Positions 1 to 8,007 of a DNA stretch of 64,000 bases are shown here, piece by piece. The translations under genes were made by a program, and so were the position numbers. The stretch comes from an uncultured Eubacteriales bacterium. Lineage in GTDB: Bacteria > Bacillota > Clostridia > Oscillospirales > Oscillospiraceae. Location: positions 32,843-96,842 of the forward strand of contig ONOL01000001.1 in NCBI GenBank assembly GCA_900319465.1. Direction: 5' to 3'. Each line of letters begins with the position of its first letter. Position 1 is the stretch's first letter. The notes under the pieces were generated by a model. It did not search any database. It worked only from the letters and a program-made list of their open reading frames with translations, and had not been told where the DNA came from.

Positions 1-200
1 TCCGCGTAGGCCAGCGTCACCGGCCGGCGGCTGCGGGTGTATTTGCCGCCGCGGCCCTCGTTGTGCGCCCGCAGCCGCCCCTCGAGGTCGTTGGTCCAGC
101 CGGTGTAGAGGCTGCCGTCGGCGCAGCGGAGCATATAGCAGACGTTCTTTTTTGTATCCGGCAGGGAGCCTTCCCTGCTTTCCGCAGACGGCGGCCTCAT
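1..200 (-). CDS. GIY-YIG nuclease family protein (N-terminal part; the gene runs off the window start)
   Basis: My translation of the reverse complement from the ATG at 200 gives [65 protein letters not shown]. This is the classic YxLxC..G..YvG.T.dL..R...H GIY-YIG (UPF0213) pattern. Its ATG overlaps the stop of the upstream DUF951 gene (ATGA). Confidence 0.6.
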   Translation of the reverse strand, partial: MRPPSAESREGSLPDTKKNVCYMLRCADGSLYTGWTNDLEGRLRAHNEGRGGKYTRSRRPVTLAYA

Positions 201-382
201 TCCCCGCCCCGCTTGATTTGTCTGACGTTTTTCTCGAATTTGGCCCTCGCGCCCATGATCTCATGCCCGCAGCCCAGGCAGCGGAGCCGGAAGTCCGCGC
301 CGATGCGCAGCACCGCCCAGTCCCGGCTCCCGCAGGGATGGGCCTTCTTCATGGTAAGGACGTCGCCGATCTGAATATCCAT
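197..382 (-). CDS. DUF951 family small protein
   Basis: 61-aa [46 protein letters not shown]. It has the conserved KKxHPCG and CxxCGH signature of DUF951 (YyzM-like) proteins. Confidence 0.6.
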   Translation of the reverse strand: MDIQIGDVLTMKKAHPCGSRDWAVLRIGADFRLRCLGCGHEIMGARAKFEKNVRQIKRGGE

Positions 383-468
383 AGCCCCCGTAAAATGAAG
401 GACGAAGCAGGAACACGCAGGAAGCGCGGTGCCGCTTCGCGCCGGCCCCGCTCCGCGATTCCCCGCCC

Positions 469-1722
469 CTACTCATTTTTGATCCTTTCCCAATATGCCT
501 TTGCGGCCTGCTCGGTCTTGTTGTCGCCGAATTCGTAGTACTTCGCGCCCCTGAGCGCGTCGGGCAGGTACTGCTGTTTTACCCAGTGGCCCGGGAAGTC
601 GTGGGGATACTTGTAGCCCTGCTCCCGCTCGAAGCCCGTGCCGTCGGCGTGGACGTTCTGCAGCTCCCGCGGGATGCTGCCGGTCCTGCCCGCCTTCACG
701 TCGCCCCAGGCCCGGTCGATCGCCATGACGCCGGTATTGGACTTCGGCGCGGTGGCCAGCAGGATCACCGCCTCGGCCAGCGGCAGCTTCGCCTCCGGTA
801 GGCCGAGCTGCATCGCGGAATCCACGCAGGCCTTCACGATCGGCGCCGCCTGCGGCCAGGCGAGCCCCACGTCCTCGCTCGCGGAGCAGAGGATGCGGCG
901 GCAGGCGCCGATCAGATCCCCCGCCTCCAGAAGCCGCGCCAGATAGTGCAGCGCCGCGTCCGGATCGGAGCCGCGCAGGGACTTCATCAGCGCCGAGAGG
1001 ATGTCGAAATGGTCGTCCCCCTCCCGGTCGTAGCGCATGGCGCTGCGCTGGGAGATCGTCTCCGCGTCTTCAAGGGAGATGCCCTCCCGGTCCCAGGCCG
1101 CGGTGAACAGCAGCTCCACCGCGTTGATGGCCTTGCGCACGTCCCCGCCGCAGCCCGATGCGAGCCGCGCCGTGACGCCCTCCTCGAGCGTCAGCGGCGT
1201 CTCCCGCCGCGCGTTCATGATCTCCACCGCGCGCCGGACGGCCCTCTCCGCGTCGTCGGGGGAGACGGGCTTGAACTCAAAGACCGTGGAGCGGCTGAGG
1301 ATCGCGTTGAAAACGTAGAAATAGGGGTTTTCCGTGGTGGAGGCGATCAGCGTGATGCGCCCGTCCTCGATAAACTCCAGCAGCGACTGCTGCTGTTTTT
1401 TGTTGAAGTACTGGATCTCGTCCAGATACAGCAGCACGCCGCCCGGCGTCAGAAAGGTGTCCAGCTCGTCGATGATGCGCTTGACGTCGGCGATGCCGGC
1501 GGTGGTGGCGTTCAGCTTGCGCAGGGTGCGGTTCGTGCGCTCGGCGATGATGCGGGCGACGGTGGTCTTGCCGGTCCCGGAGGGGCCGTAGAAGATCATA
1601 TTGGGGATCTGCCCGCTCTCCACGATCCGGCGCAGCATACCGTTCGGGCCGAGGATGTGCCGCTGGCCCACGACGTCGTCCAGCGATGCGGGCCGGATTT
1701 CGTCTGCAAGAGGTTTGTACAT
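469..1722 (-). CDS. rarA: replication-associated recombination protein A (AAA ATPase RarA/MgsA)
   Basis: 417 aa. Walker A is GPSGTGKTT and Walker B is LLYLDEIQYFNK. The C-terminal MgsA domain (DxHFDxxSAxxKSxRGSDPDAAL) is present. RBS is AAGGTGAAGGA ahead of the ATG at 1722. Confidence 0.9.
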   Translation of the reverse strand: MYKPLADEIRPASLDDVVGQRHILGPNGMLRRIVESGQIPNMIFYGPSGTGKTTVARIIAERTNRTLRKLNATTAGIADVKRIIDELDTFLTPGGVLLYLDEIQYFNKKQQQSLLEFIEDGRITLIASTTENPYFYVFNAILSRSTVFEFKPVSPDDAERAVRRAVEIMNARRETPLTLEEGVTARLASGCGGDVRKAINAVELLFTAAWDREGISLEDAETISQRSAMRYDREGDDHFDILSALMKSLRGSDPDAALHYLARLLEAGDLIGACRRILCSASEDVGLAWPQAAPIVKACVDSAMQLGLPEAKLPLAEAVILLATAPKSNTGVMAIDRAWGDVKAGRTGSIPRELQNVHADGTGFEREQGYKYPHDFPGHWVKQQYLPDALRGAKYYEFGDNKTEQAAKAYWERIKNE

Positions 1723-1754
1723 GGTCCTTCACCTTGTCAGTCGTAGTAAATATC

Positions 1755-1783
1755 AGTATACCATGTTCCCGCGGGAATGGCAA
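1755..1783 (-). promoter_or_regulatory. sigma-A-type promoter for rarA
   Basis: On the minus strand: TTGCCA, 17 nt, TATACT, with a TGg extended -10. It lies about 35 nt upstream of the rarA RBS. Confidence 0.4.
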
Positions 1784-1794
1784 AGAAAAATCGG

Positions 1795-1886
1795 CTCTCC
1801 TTCTTTCGCTCTCCTTCTTTCGCTCTCCTTCTTCGCTCCTTCTTCCTCTCCTTCGACTCTCCTTCGCTCTCCTCGCTCTCCTCGCG
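1795..1886. repeat. pyrimidine-tract (CT-rich) imperfect tandem repeat with a ~13-14 nt unit
   Basis: CTCTCCTTCTTTCG occurs twice in tandem (1795-1808 and 1809-1822). Degenerate copies follow (CTCTCCTTCTTCG, CTCCTTCTTCC, TCTCCTTCG and others). The top strand is almost purely C/T for ~90 nt in the divergent rarA / DtxR-family intergenic region. Confidence 0.8.
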
Positions 1887-1914
1887 GAGAGGGAAAAACC
1901 GTTGTGAAATTTCC

Positions 1915-1943
1915 TTGCATTTCTCATGAATAGCTGGTAAACT
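1915..1943 (+). promoter_or_regulatory. sigma-A-type promoter for the DtxR/MntR-family regulator
   Basis: TTGCAT (1915-1920), 17 nt, TAAACT (1938-1943), preceded by a TGg extended -10. Confidence 0.45.
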
Positions 1944-1976
1944 ATTTATACATTTTATGCAGGGCGGTGATCCCAT

Positions 1977-2348
1977 ATGAAAATACAAAAAGCCTCCGAA
2001 GACTATCTGGAAGCCATGCTGATGATGAAGGAGAAGCATGGCTATATCCGCTCCATCGACATCGCCGCACAGCTCGGCGTCACCAAGCCGAGCGTCAGCT
2101 ACGCCACGAAGCGGCTGCGTGAAAACGGCTACATCACCATGAGCCGCGACGGTCTCATCACCTTGACGGACAAGGGATCGGCGATCGCAGAAAGCATGTA
2201 CGAGCGGCACAAGCTCCTGACCGCGATGCTGATCGGACTCGGCGTGGACCCCGAGACCGCCCGGGAAGACGCCTGCAAACTCGAGCACGATCTGAGCCAG
2301 AAGAGCTTCGAAGCCATCCGGGAGCATTTCCGGAGCAAGGCAGAATGA
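1977..2348 (+). CDS. DtxR/MntR-family metal-dependent transcriptional repressor
   Basis: 123 aa: SEDYLEAMLMMKEKHGYIRSIDIAAQLGVTKPSVSYATKRLRENGYI. This is the winged-helix plus dimerisation domain typical of iron/manganese-dependent repressors, and it lacks the SH3-like C-terminal domain. Confidence 0.8.
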   Translation: MKIQKASEDYLEAMLMMKEKHGYIRSIDIAAQLGVTKPSVSYATKRLRENGYITMSRDGLITLTDKGSAIAESMYERHKLLTAMLIGLGVDPETAREDACKLEHDLSQKSFEAIREHFRSKAE

Positions 2349-2357
2349 ATAATTATT

Positions 2358-2386
2358 CCCGCCGCTGTAAAGCGGCGGGTTTTTTC
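2358..2386 (+). terminator. rho-independent terminator
   Basis: CCCGCCGCT-GTAA-AGCGGCGGG (9-bp GC stem) followed by TTTTTTC, just after the stop codon. Confidence 0.7.
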
Positions 2387-2407
2387 TTCCCGGTGCGCGG
2401 CCGGGCG

Positions 2408-2875
2408 TTACAGATCGCGGATCTCGCAGACGATCCCGCCGTTGTCGTACACGGTCACGAGCGCCCAGGTGAGGCTGCGGCCCCTGCCCGCGGTTCCGGG
2501 ATTGAGGATCTGCACGCCGCCCCAGTCCTGATAGTCGGGGACATGCGTGTGGCCGTACATGGCGAGCTGCGCCCCCGCCTCCCGGGCGGCGTAGGCCAGG
2601 CTCGTAAGGCCGTAGTTCACTTGATAGGCGTGGCCATGGGTGATGAAGGCCTTTACCGGCCCGAGCTGCACCACGTCGCGCAGCGGGGCGGAGGAACCGA
2701 AATCGCAATTGCCGCAGACGCTGTACAGCGGGATTGCGGGAAACTCCCGGCGCAGGATCTCCGTGTCCCGGTCGTGGTCTCCGAGGTGGATGATCGCGTC
2801 CGGCCGGCAGCGGCGCACGGCCTCGACCATCAGGGCAGTGTTGCTGTGGGTATCGGAAAAAACAGCAGCTTTCAT
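2408..2875 (-). CDS. YfcE/MJ0936-family metallophosphoesterase
   Basis: 155 aa: MKAAVFSDTHSN...IIHLGDH...CGNCD...ITHGH...YGHTH. All the calcineurin-like phosphoesterase metal-ligand motifs are present. An AGGAG RBS precedes the start. Confidence 0.8.
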   Translation of the reverse strand: MKAAVFSDTHSNTALMVEAVRRCRPDAIIHLGDHDRDTEILRREFPAIPLYSVCGNCDFGSSAPLRDVVQLGPVKAFITHGHAYQVNYGLTSLAYAAREAGAQLAMYGHTHVPDYQDWGGVQILNPGTAGRGRSLTWALVTVYDNGGIVCEIRDL

Positions 2876-3031
2876 GGTGATTCTCCTGTAACGGTATCAT
2901 TTCTCGCCGCCGCGCATAGGATGAAGCAGGCGATCGAAAAGCCAAAAGCAAAAAACGGGAAGCACGCCCCGACAAGTCCTCCGCCGCGAAAGGCTTTTGC
3001 GGCGGAACAGAGGGAAAGGAGGGGACGGAAG

Positions 3032-3271
3032 ATGCAGGATCTGGAAGCGCTGGGCCGCGAGCTGCAGCGCCGGGGAAAGACCGGGGAGCTGAAAAAGCTG
3101 GCGGAATCCGCCGACGGGCAGCGGCTCGGCCGGATGCTGGACGCCGACAGGGTCCGGGAAGCCGCCCGGAGCGGCGACGGCGAAGCGCTCAGGAAGCTGC
3201 TGGGCGGCGTTCTGGCTACCGACGAGGGCAGGCGCCTGGCAAAGCAGCTCCGCGAGCTGATGGAGAAGTGA
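3032..3271 (+). CDS. hypothetical small charged/helical protein (79 aa)
   Basis: Internal ATG of ORF 2345..3271, preceded by AAAGGAGGGGACGGAAG. The upstream part of that ORF is antisense to the phosphoesterase gene. First gene of a compact three-ORF set. Confidence 0.45.
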   Translation: MQDLEALGRELQRRGKTGELKKLAESADGQRLGRMLDADRVREAARSGDGEALRKLLGGVLATDEGRRLAKQLRELMEK

Positions 3272-3282
3272 GGGGGGCGCCC

Positions 3283-3609
3283 ATGAGCGACTTGGAGGAA
3301 CAGTTAAACAGTATTCTGGGCGACCCGGAGCAGATGAGCCGGATCGCCGATCTGGCCAAATCGCTCATGGGCGGCGAAGACGGCGACGCACAGGCGCTGC
3401 CGGCCGGCGTTCCGGGCGGGCTTGCGTCCCTGATGCAGTCCGTGGCGGGCGGCGGGAAGGACGACGCGCAGGCGCTGCTGGAAGCCATGAAGCCGTGGCT
3501 CTCGGAAAAGCGGCGGCATAAGGTGGACCGGGCGGTGAAGATCGCGCGGATGGCGAAGCTCGCGGAGATGGCCATGGGCGAAGGCGCAGGGGAGCAAAAG
3601 GATGTATAA
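3283..3609 (+). CDS. hypothetical protein (108 aa)
   Basis: MSDLEEQLNSILGDPEQMSRIADLAKSLMGG... with an RBS-like GAGGGGGG upstream. Codon bias is consistent with the genome. Confidence 0.5.
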   Translation: MSDLEEQLNSILGDPEQMSRIADLAKSLMGGEDGDAQALPAGVPGGLASLMQSVAGGGKDDAQALLEAMKPWLSEKRRHKVDRAVKIARMAKLAEMAMGEGAGEQKDV

Positions 3610-3883
3610 GCGCTATCAGGGCAACAGCGGACGGGTCGAGTGGGTCGAGGAGCGGCCGGTGCCGCGGACGATGGCCTTCGCGCCGCCGCCTCCCCCGCCG
3701 CTGACAGGCACGCCGCGGCGGCCGTCCGGAGGGCTGGGCGAGCTGCTCGGGCGTTTCCTGCCCGGCGGGCGCGAACCGCTGGAGACGGAGGACCTGCTTC
3801 TGCTGCTGATCCTCTACCTTCTCTACCGCGAGAGCGGCGACAGGGAGCTGCTGATCATGATGGGCGCGATGTTCCTGCTGTGA
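3602..3883 (+). CDS. hypothetical protein (93 aa) with a proline-rich centre and hydrophobic C-terminus
   Basis: The ATG overlaps the previous stop by 8 nt, suggesting translational coupling. C-terminus is LLLLLILYLLYRESGDRELLIMMGAMFLL. Confidence 0.5.
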   Translation: MYKRYQGNSGRVEWVEERPVPRTMAFAPPPPPPLTGTPRRPSGGLGELLGRFLPGGREPLETEDLLLLLILYLLYRESGDRELLIMMGAMFLL

Positions 3884-3899
3884 GGCGGCTGCAAAAAAA

Positions 3900-3927
3900 G
3901 GGCGTGTGAATACACGCCCTTTTTTTA
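3900..3927. terminator. bidirectional rho-independent terminator
   Basis: AAAAAAA-GGGCGTGT-GAAT-ACACGCCC-TTTTTTT, between convergent genes. The T-run overlaps the tagO-like stop codon. Confidence 0.7.
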
Positions 3928-5007
3928 TTTTTCCGCTTGACTGCCCTTTTCTTCCTTCTGGGTGCGCGGGATCGAGTGCAGCACCAGCAGCCAGATCGTA
4001 ATGGAGATCAGGAAGGCCGCGGCGATGCAGACGATGCGCAGCACCACGCTCCGCCCCGTCATCAGCACGGCGATCAGCCCGAGCACCGCGGAGACGCCGT
4101 AGAGCACGGCCACCGCCTGCTTCTGGCTCATGCCGAGCGCGAGCAGCCGATGGTGGAAATGCCCGCGGTCTGCGTGGAAGGGGCTCTGTCCGTGGACGAT
4201 CCGGCGGATGAAGGCGAAGACCGTGTCCGCCAGGGGGACGGCCAGCGCCAGCAGCGGCACGAGGAAGCTGATGATCGCATGGAACTTGAACAGGCCGATG
4301 ATGGAGGCCGTGGAGAGCACAAAGCCCAGCATCTGGCTGCCCACGTCGCCCATAAAGATCTTGGCGGGGTTCAGGTTGTAGGGCATGAAGCCCACGCAGG
4401 CGCCGGTCAGCGCCGCGAGGATCAGGGATACGGAGGGCTCGGCGACGAAGAGGGATACCAGCAGCATCGTCAGGCTGCTGATGGTGGACACGCCTACCGC
4501 CAGCCCGTCCAGCCCGTCGATCAGGTTCACGGCATTGGTGCAGGCCACGATCCAGAACAGCGTGATCGGGATGGCCAGCCAATTGGTGTAAAGAAAGGTC
4601 GTGCCGCCGGAGGGCGTGAAGTTGGAGATGGCGTCCACCACGATGCCGCAGCGGATCGCCACGCCCGCCGCCACGATCTGCCCGGCGAGCTTGACCCAGG
4701 CGTTGAGGTTCACGATGTCGTCCAGCGCGCCCATCACCGCGATGATCACGGTGCCGAGCAGCAGGCCGACGATCTGGGTGGACATGTCCACGAACAGCAG
4801 CATGGACAGCACGAAGCCGAGAAAGATCGCAAGCCCGCCCATGCGGGGGATCGGATGATTGTGCACGCGCCGCTCGTCCTTCGGCACGTCAATGGCCCCG
4901 ATGGACTCGGCAAAGCGCTTGACCGGAGGGGTCGTCAGAAAGGCTATGGCAAAGGCGACGGCCGCCGCCAGCAGCAGCCGTTCCCAGAGAGCCAGGTATG
5001 GAAACAT
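3925..5007 (-). CDS. undecaprenyl-phosphate GlcNAc-1-phosphate transferase (MraY/WecA/TagO family, GT4 polyprenyl-P sugar-P transferase)
   Basis: 360 aa polytopic membrane protein: IDVPKDERRVHNHPIPRMGGLAIFLGF, NAVNLIDGLDGLA and HFHHRLL motifs. Confidence 0.85.
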   Translation of the reverse strand: MFPYLALWERLLLAAAVAFAIAFLTTPPVKRFAESIGAIDVPKDERRVHNHPIPRMGGLAIFLGFVLSMLLFVDMSTQIVGLLLGTVIIAVMGALDDIVNLNAWVKLAGQIVAAGVAIRCGIVVDAISNFTPSGGTTFLYTNWLAIPITLFWIVACTNAVNLIDGLDGLAVGVSTISSLTMLLVSLFVAEPSVSLILAALTGACVGFMPYNLNPAKIFMGDVGSQMLGFVLSTASIIGLFKFHAIISFLVPLLALAVPLADTVFAFIRRIVHGQSPFHADRGHFHHRLLALGMSQKQAVAVLYGVSAVLGLIAVLMTGRSVVLRIVCIAAAFLISITIWLLVLHSIPRTQKEEKGSQAEK

Positions 5008-5172
5008 TCTTCTCTATCTCCCGAATCGTATCAGTTCGGCCCGCCGGCCGTCATGGGGGGGAGTTCGGAGGGGTATCCCTCCGAGGAGTATGCTTATCGG
5101 AGGGCGAAACGCCGGAAAGCGCTTCGCCGCGCCGCTTTCCGGGCCTTCCGCCCCTGGGGGCGGGACGCGGAT

Positions 5173-6192
5173 TCAGCGGGCAACCAGGCCTACCTTTTTA
5201 TAGACCTTGCGCAGCGTCCTGTACGCGATGCGGGAGGCGCGCTCCGCCCCGTCCCGGCAGAGCGTTTCCAGATACGCTTTGTCCTTCATGATCTTTTCCG
5301 CTTCCTCGCGGATCGGGCGCAGGGCCTCGATCACGGCTTCGCCCACGGCGGGCTTGAAGACGCCGTAGCCCTTGCCGTCAAACTCCCGCTCGATCTCTTC
5401 AAAGCTCTCGCCGGTGACGGCGGAATAGATGCTCATCAGATTCGCCACGCCCGGCTTGTTCTCGGGATCATAGCGCACGCAGCGCTCCCCGTCGGAGTCG
5501 GTGACGGCGCGTTTGAACTTGCGGGCGATGTCCTCCGGCCTGTCCATCAGGCAGACGCGGCCGTTGCCCACCTCGTCGGACTTGGACATCTTGCTGCGCG
5601 GGTCGAGGAGGTCCATGATCCGCGCGCCCACCTTCGGGGAGAAGGGCTCGGGGACCTTGAAGGTCTCGCCGTAGAGGTTGTTGAAGCGCTGCGCCACGTC
5701 GCGCGTGAGCTCCACGTGCTGCTTCTGGTCGTCGCCCACGGGGACGAGATCCGGCTGGTAGAGCAGGATGTCCGCCGCCATCAGGGCGGGGTAGGTGAAG
5801 AGGCCGCCGTTGATGTTGTCGGCGTTCTTGGCGCTCTTGTCCTTGAACTGGGTCATGCGGCTGAGCTCGCCGAACATGGTGTAGCAGTTGAGCACCCAGC
5901 CCAGCTCCGCATGGGCGGGAACGTGGGACTGGATGAAGAGCGTGTTCTTCTGCGGATCGAGGCCGCAGGCCACGTACTGCGCGAGCTGCTCCAGCGTGCG
6001 CCGGCGCAGGTCGGCGGGGTTGTTGCGGATGGTCAGCGCGTGGAGGTCGGCCATGAAATAGTAGCAGTCATACTGCTCGGCGCGCTCCGCCCAGTTCTTG
6101 ATGGCGCCCAGATAGGAGCCCAGCGTCAGATCGCCGGTGGGCTTGATGCCGGAGAGCATGACCTTCTTCGCGGGAGAGCTGATGTTATCCAT
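5173..6192 (-). CDS. trpS: tryptophan--tRNA ligase
   Basis: 339 aa from the internal ATG at 6192 (MDNISSPAKKVMLSGIKPTGDLTLGSYLGAIKNW...KMSKSD). A class I HIGH-like region and KMSKS are present. The 105 codons upstream in the ORF-track entry cross the gltX promoter and are not coding. Confidence 0.9.
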   Translation of the reverse strand: MDNISSPAKKVMLSGIKPTGDLTLGSYLGAIKNWAERAEQYDCYYFMADLHALTIRNNPADLRRRTLEQLAQYVACGLDPQKNTLFIQSHVPAHAELGWVLNCYTMFGELSRMTQFKDKSAKNADNINGGLFTYPALMAADILLYQPDLVPVGDDQKQHVELTRDVAQRFNNLYGETFKVPEPFSPKVGARIMDLLDPRSKMSKSDEVGNGRVCLMDRPEDIARKFKRAVTDSDGERCVRYDPENKPGVANLMSIYSAVTGESFEEIEREFDGKGYGVFKPAVGEAVIEALRPIREEAEKIMKDKAYLETLCRDGAERASRIAYRTLRKVYKKVGLVAR

Positions 6193-6263
6193 AAAAATAC
6201 CTCGTATCGCGTATCGCTCGTATTCTCGGTAGCAAAATAGTATTTTATCAAAAGAACTGCATC

Positions 6264-6292
6264 TTGACAACAGGGAAAATGTAAAATATGAT
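6264..6292 (+). promoter_or_regulatory. sigma-A-type promoter for gltX
   Basis: TTGACA (6264-6269), 17 nt, TATGAT (6287-6292). Confidence 0.5.
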
Positions 6293-6397
6293 AGGATCAC
6301 GCTTTTCTGTGCCTCCCTGCGCAGGGGCAAACGCCCCGCCGGCCGTCCGGAACGGGTCCCCCCGGCGCCCGGGAGCCTATTTTGAAAGGAGAATCCT

Positions 6398-7870
6398 ATG
6401 GACATGACATGGTTTGACGAGGTGGAGGCGCGCATCCCCAAGGGGAAGGTGCGCACACGTTTCGCTCCCTCCCCCACGGGATATATGCACGTCGGCAACC
6501 TGCGCACGGCGCTCTACACCTGGCTGATCGCCCGGCACGCAGACGGCACCTTCATTCTGCGCATCGAGGACACCGATCAGGGCCGTCTCGTCGAGGGCGC
6601 GGTGGACGTGATCTACAAGACCCTCGCCGAGTGCGGACTCGACCACGACGAGGGGCCGGACGTGGGCGGCCCGGTGGCCCCCTATATTCAGACCGAGCGC
6701 AGGCCCTTCTACGGCAGATACGCGGAGCTGCTCATCGAGCGCGGCCACGCCTACCGCTGCTTCTGTGAAAAGAGCGAGAGCGAGGAGGACTCCGGTGAAT
6801 TCGACCGGGGCGACGATCCCTGCCGCGCCCTCCCGCGCGAGGAGGCCGAGCGCCGCGCCGCAGCCGGCGAGCCTTTCGTCATCCGCCAGCGCATCCCCCA
6901 CGAGGGCACGACCACCTTCCACGACGAGATCTTCGGCGACATCACCGTGGAAAACAGCACGCTGGACGACCAGGTGCTCATGAAGCGGGACGGGCTGCCC
7001 ACCTACAACTTCGCAAACGTCGTGGACGACCACATGATGGGCATCACCCACGTCGTGCGCGGCAGCGAGTACCTCTCCTCCGCGCCGAAGTACAATCTGC
7101 TGTATCAGGGCTTCGGCTGGGACGTGCCCGCCTACGTACACTGCTCCCCCGTCATGCGTGACGCCCACAACAAGATGTCCAAGCGCCACGGCGATCCCTC
7201 CTACGAGGACCTGATCGCGCAGGGCTATCTGACCGAGGCGGTGCTCAACTATGTGGCGCTGCTGGGCTGGAGCCCCCGCGGCGAGCAGGAGATCTTCTCG
7301 CTCGGCGAGCTCAAGAACGTGTTCGAGATGAGCGGCATCTCCAAGTCCCCCGCCATCTTCGACATCGAAAAGCTGCGCCACTTCAACAGCGAGTACATCC
7401 GCGCCATGAGTCCGGAGGCCTTTGCCCGGGCCGCCGAGCCCTACATCCGCCAGGCGGTGAAGAACCCCGCCTATGACGCTCACGCGATCGCGGCGCTGCT
7501 GCAGCAGCGCACCGAGGTGCTCACCGAGATCCCGGAGAAGCTTGATTTCTTCGACGAGCTGCCCCAATACGGCACGGAGCTCTTCGTGCACAAGAAATCC
7601 AAGTCCGACGAGGCTTCCTCGCTGGCGGTGCTGCAGAAGGTGCTGCCCGTGTTCGAGGCGCTGGAAAGCTGGGACGACGAGAACATCCTCGGCGCCATGG
7701 TGAAGCTCGCGGAGGAGATGGGCGCGAAAAACGCGAAGGTCATGTGGCCCGTGCGCATCGCCGCGGCCGGCAAGGCCGTCACCCCCGGCGGCGCGGTGGA
7801 GATCTGCCGCATCCTCGGACGGGACGAGACCCTGCGCCGCCTGCATGTCGCGGTCGAAAAGCTTTCCTGA
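6398..7870 (+). CDS. gltX: glutamate--tRNA ligase
   Basis: 490 aa: VRTRFAPSPTGYMHVGNLRTALY (HIGH), KMSKRHG (KMSKS). RBS is AAAGGAG. Confidence 0.95.
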   Translation: MDMTWFDEVEARIPKGKVRTRFAPSPTGYMHVGNLRTALYTWLIARHADGTFILRIEDTDQGRLVEGAVDVIYKTLAECGLDHDEGPDVGGPVAPYIQTERRPFYGRYAELLIERGHAYRCFCEKSESEEDSGEFDRGDDPCRALPREEAERRAAAGEPFVIRQRIPHEGTTTFHDEIFGDITVENSTLDDQVLMKRDGLPTYNFANVVDDHMMGITHVVRGSEYLSSAPKYNLLYQGFGWDVPAYVHCSPVMRDAHNKMSKRHGDPSYEDLIAQGYLTEAVLNYVALLGWSPRGEQEIFSLGELKNVFEMSGISKSPAIFDIEKLRHFNSEYIRAMSPEAFARAAEPYIRQAVKNPAYDAHAIAALLQQRTEVLTEIPEKLDFFDELPQYGTELFVHKKSKSDEASSLAVLQKVLPVFEALESWDDENILGAMVKLAEEMGAKNAKVMWPVRIAAAGKAVTPGGAVEICRILGRDETLRRLHVAVEKLS

Positions 7871-8007
7871 CGATGCTCCCGCCCTGCGAGGCGGGAATCA
7901 GAGGCGTGCCCCTTCTTCACAGCAGGCTGAATGGTTAAACGCTGTCATAAATTTCAACACAAAAACCGCCTCTTTCGGGAAAGACTATCCCAAAAGAGGT
8001 GTTTTTT

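Noticed and set aside
1795-1886. CRISPR-like array (short direct repeats)
   Set aside because: The units are only 13-14 nt, contiguous with no spacers, and low-complexity. The 84-nt periodic repeats at 53.5-54.2 kb lie inside a coding region and encode heptads. I saw no cas genes.
5008-5172. Terminator of trpS / regulatory hairpins upstream of the tagO-like gene
   Set aside because: Two GC hairpins exist (GGAAAGCG...CGCTTTCC and TCGGAGGG...CCCTCCGA), but neither has a U-tract on the relevant strand. The support is too weak to list as a feature.
6193-6397. Possible T-box leader for trpS or gltX in the divergent intergenic region
   Set aside because: I could not find the T-box motif (AAnnnGGGTGGTACCGCG) or a specifier-loop/terminator arrangement on either strand. 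The region holds a clean gltX promoter, and only ~200 nt is available.
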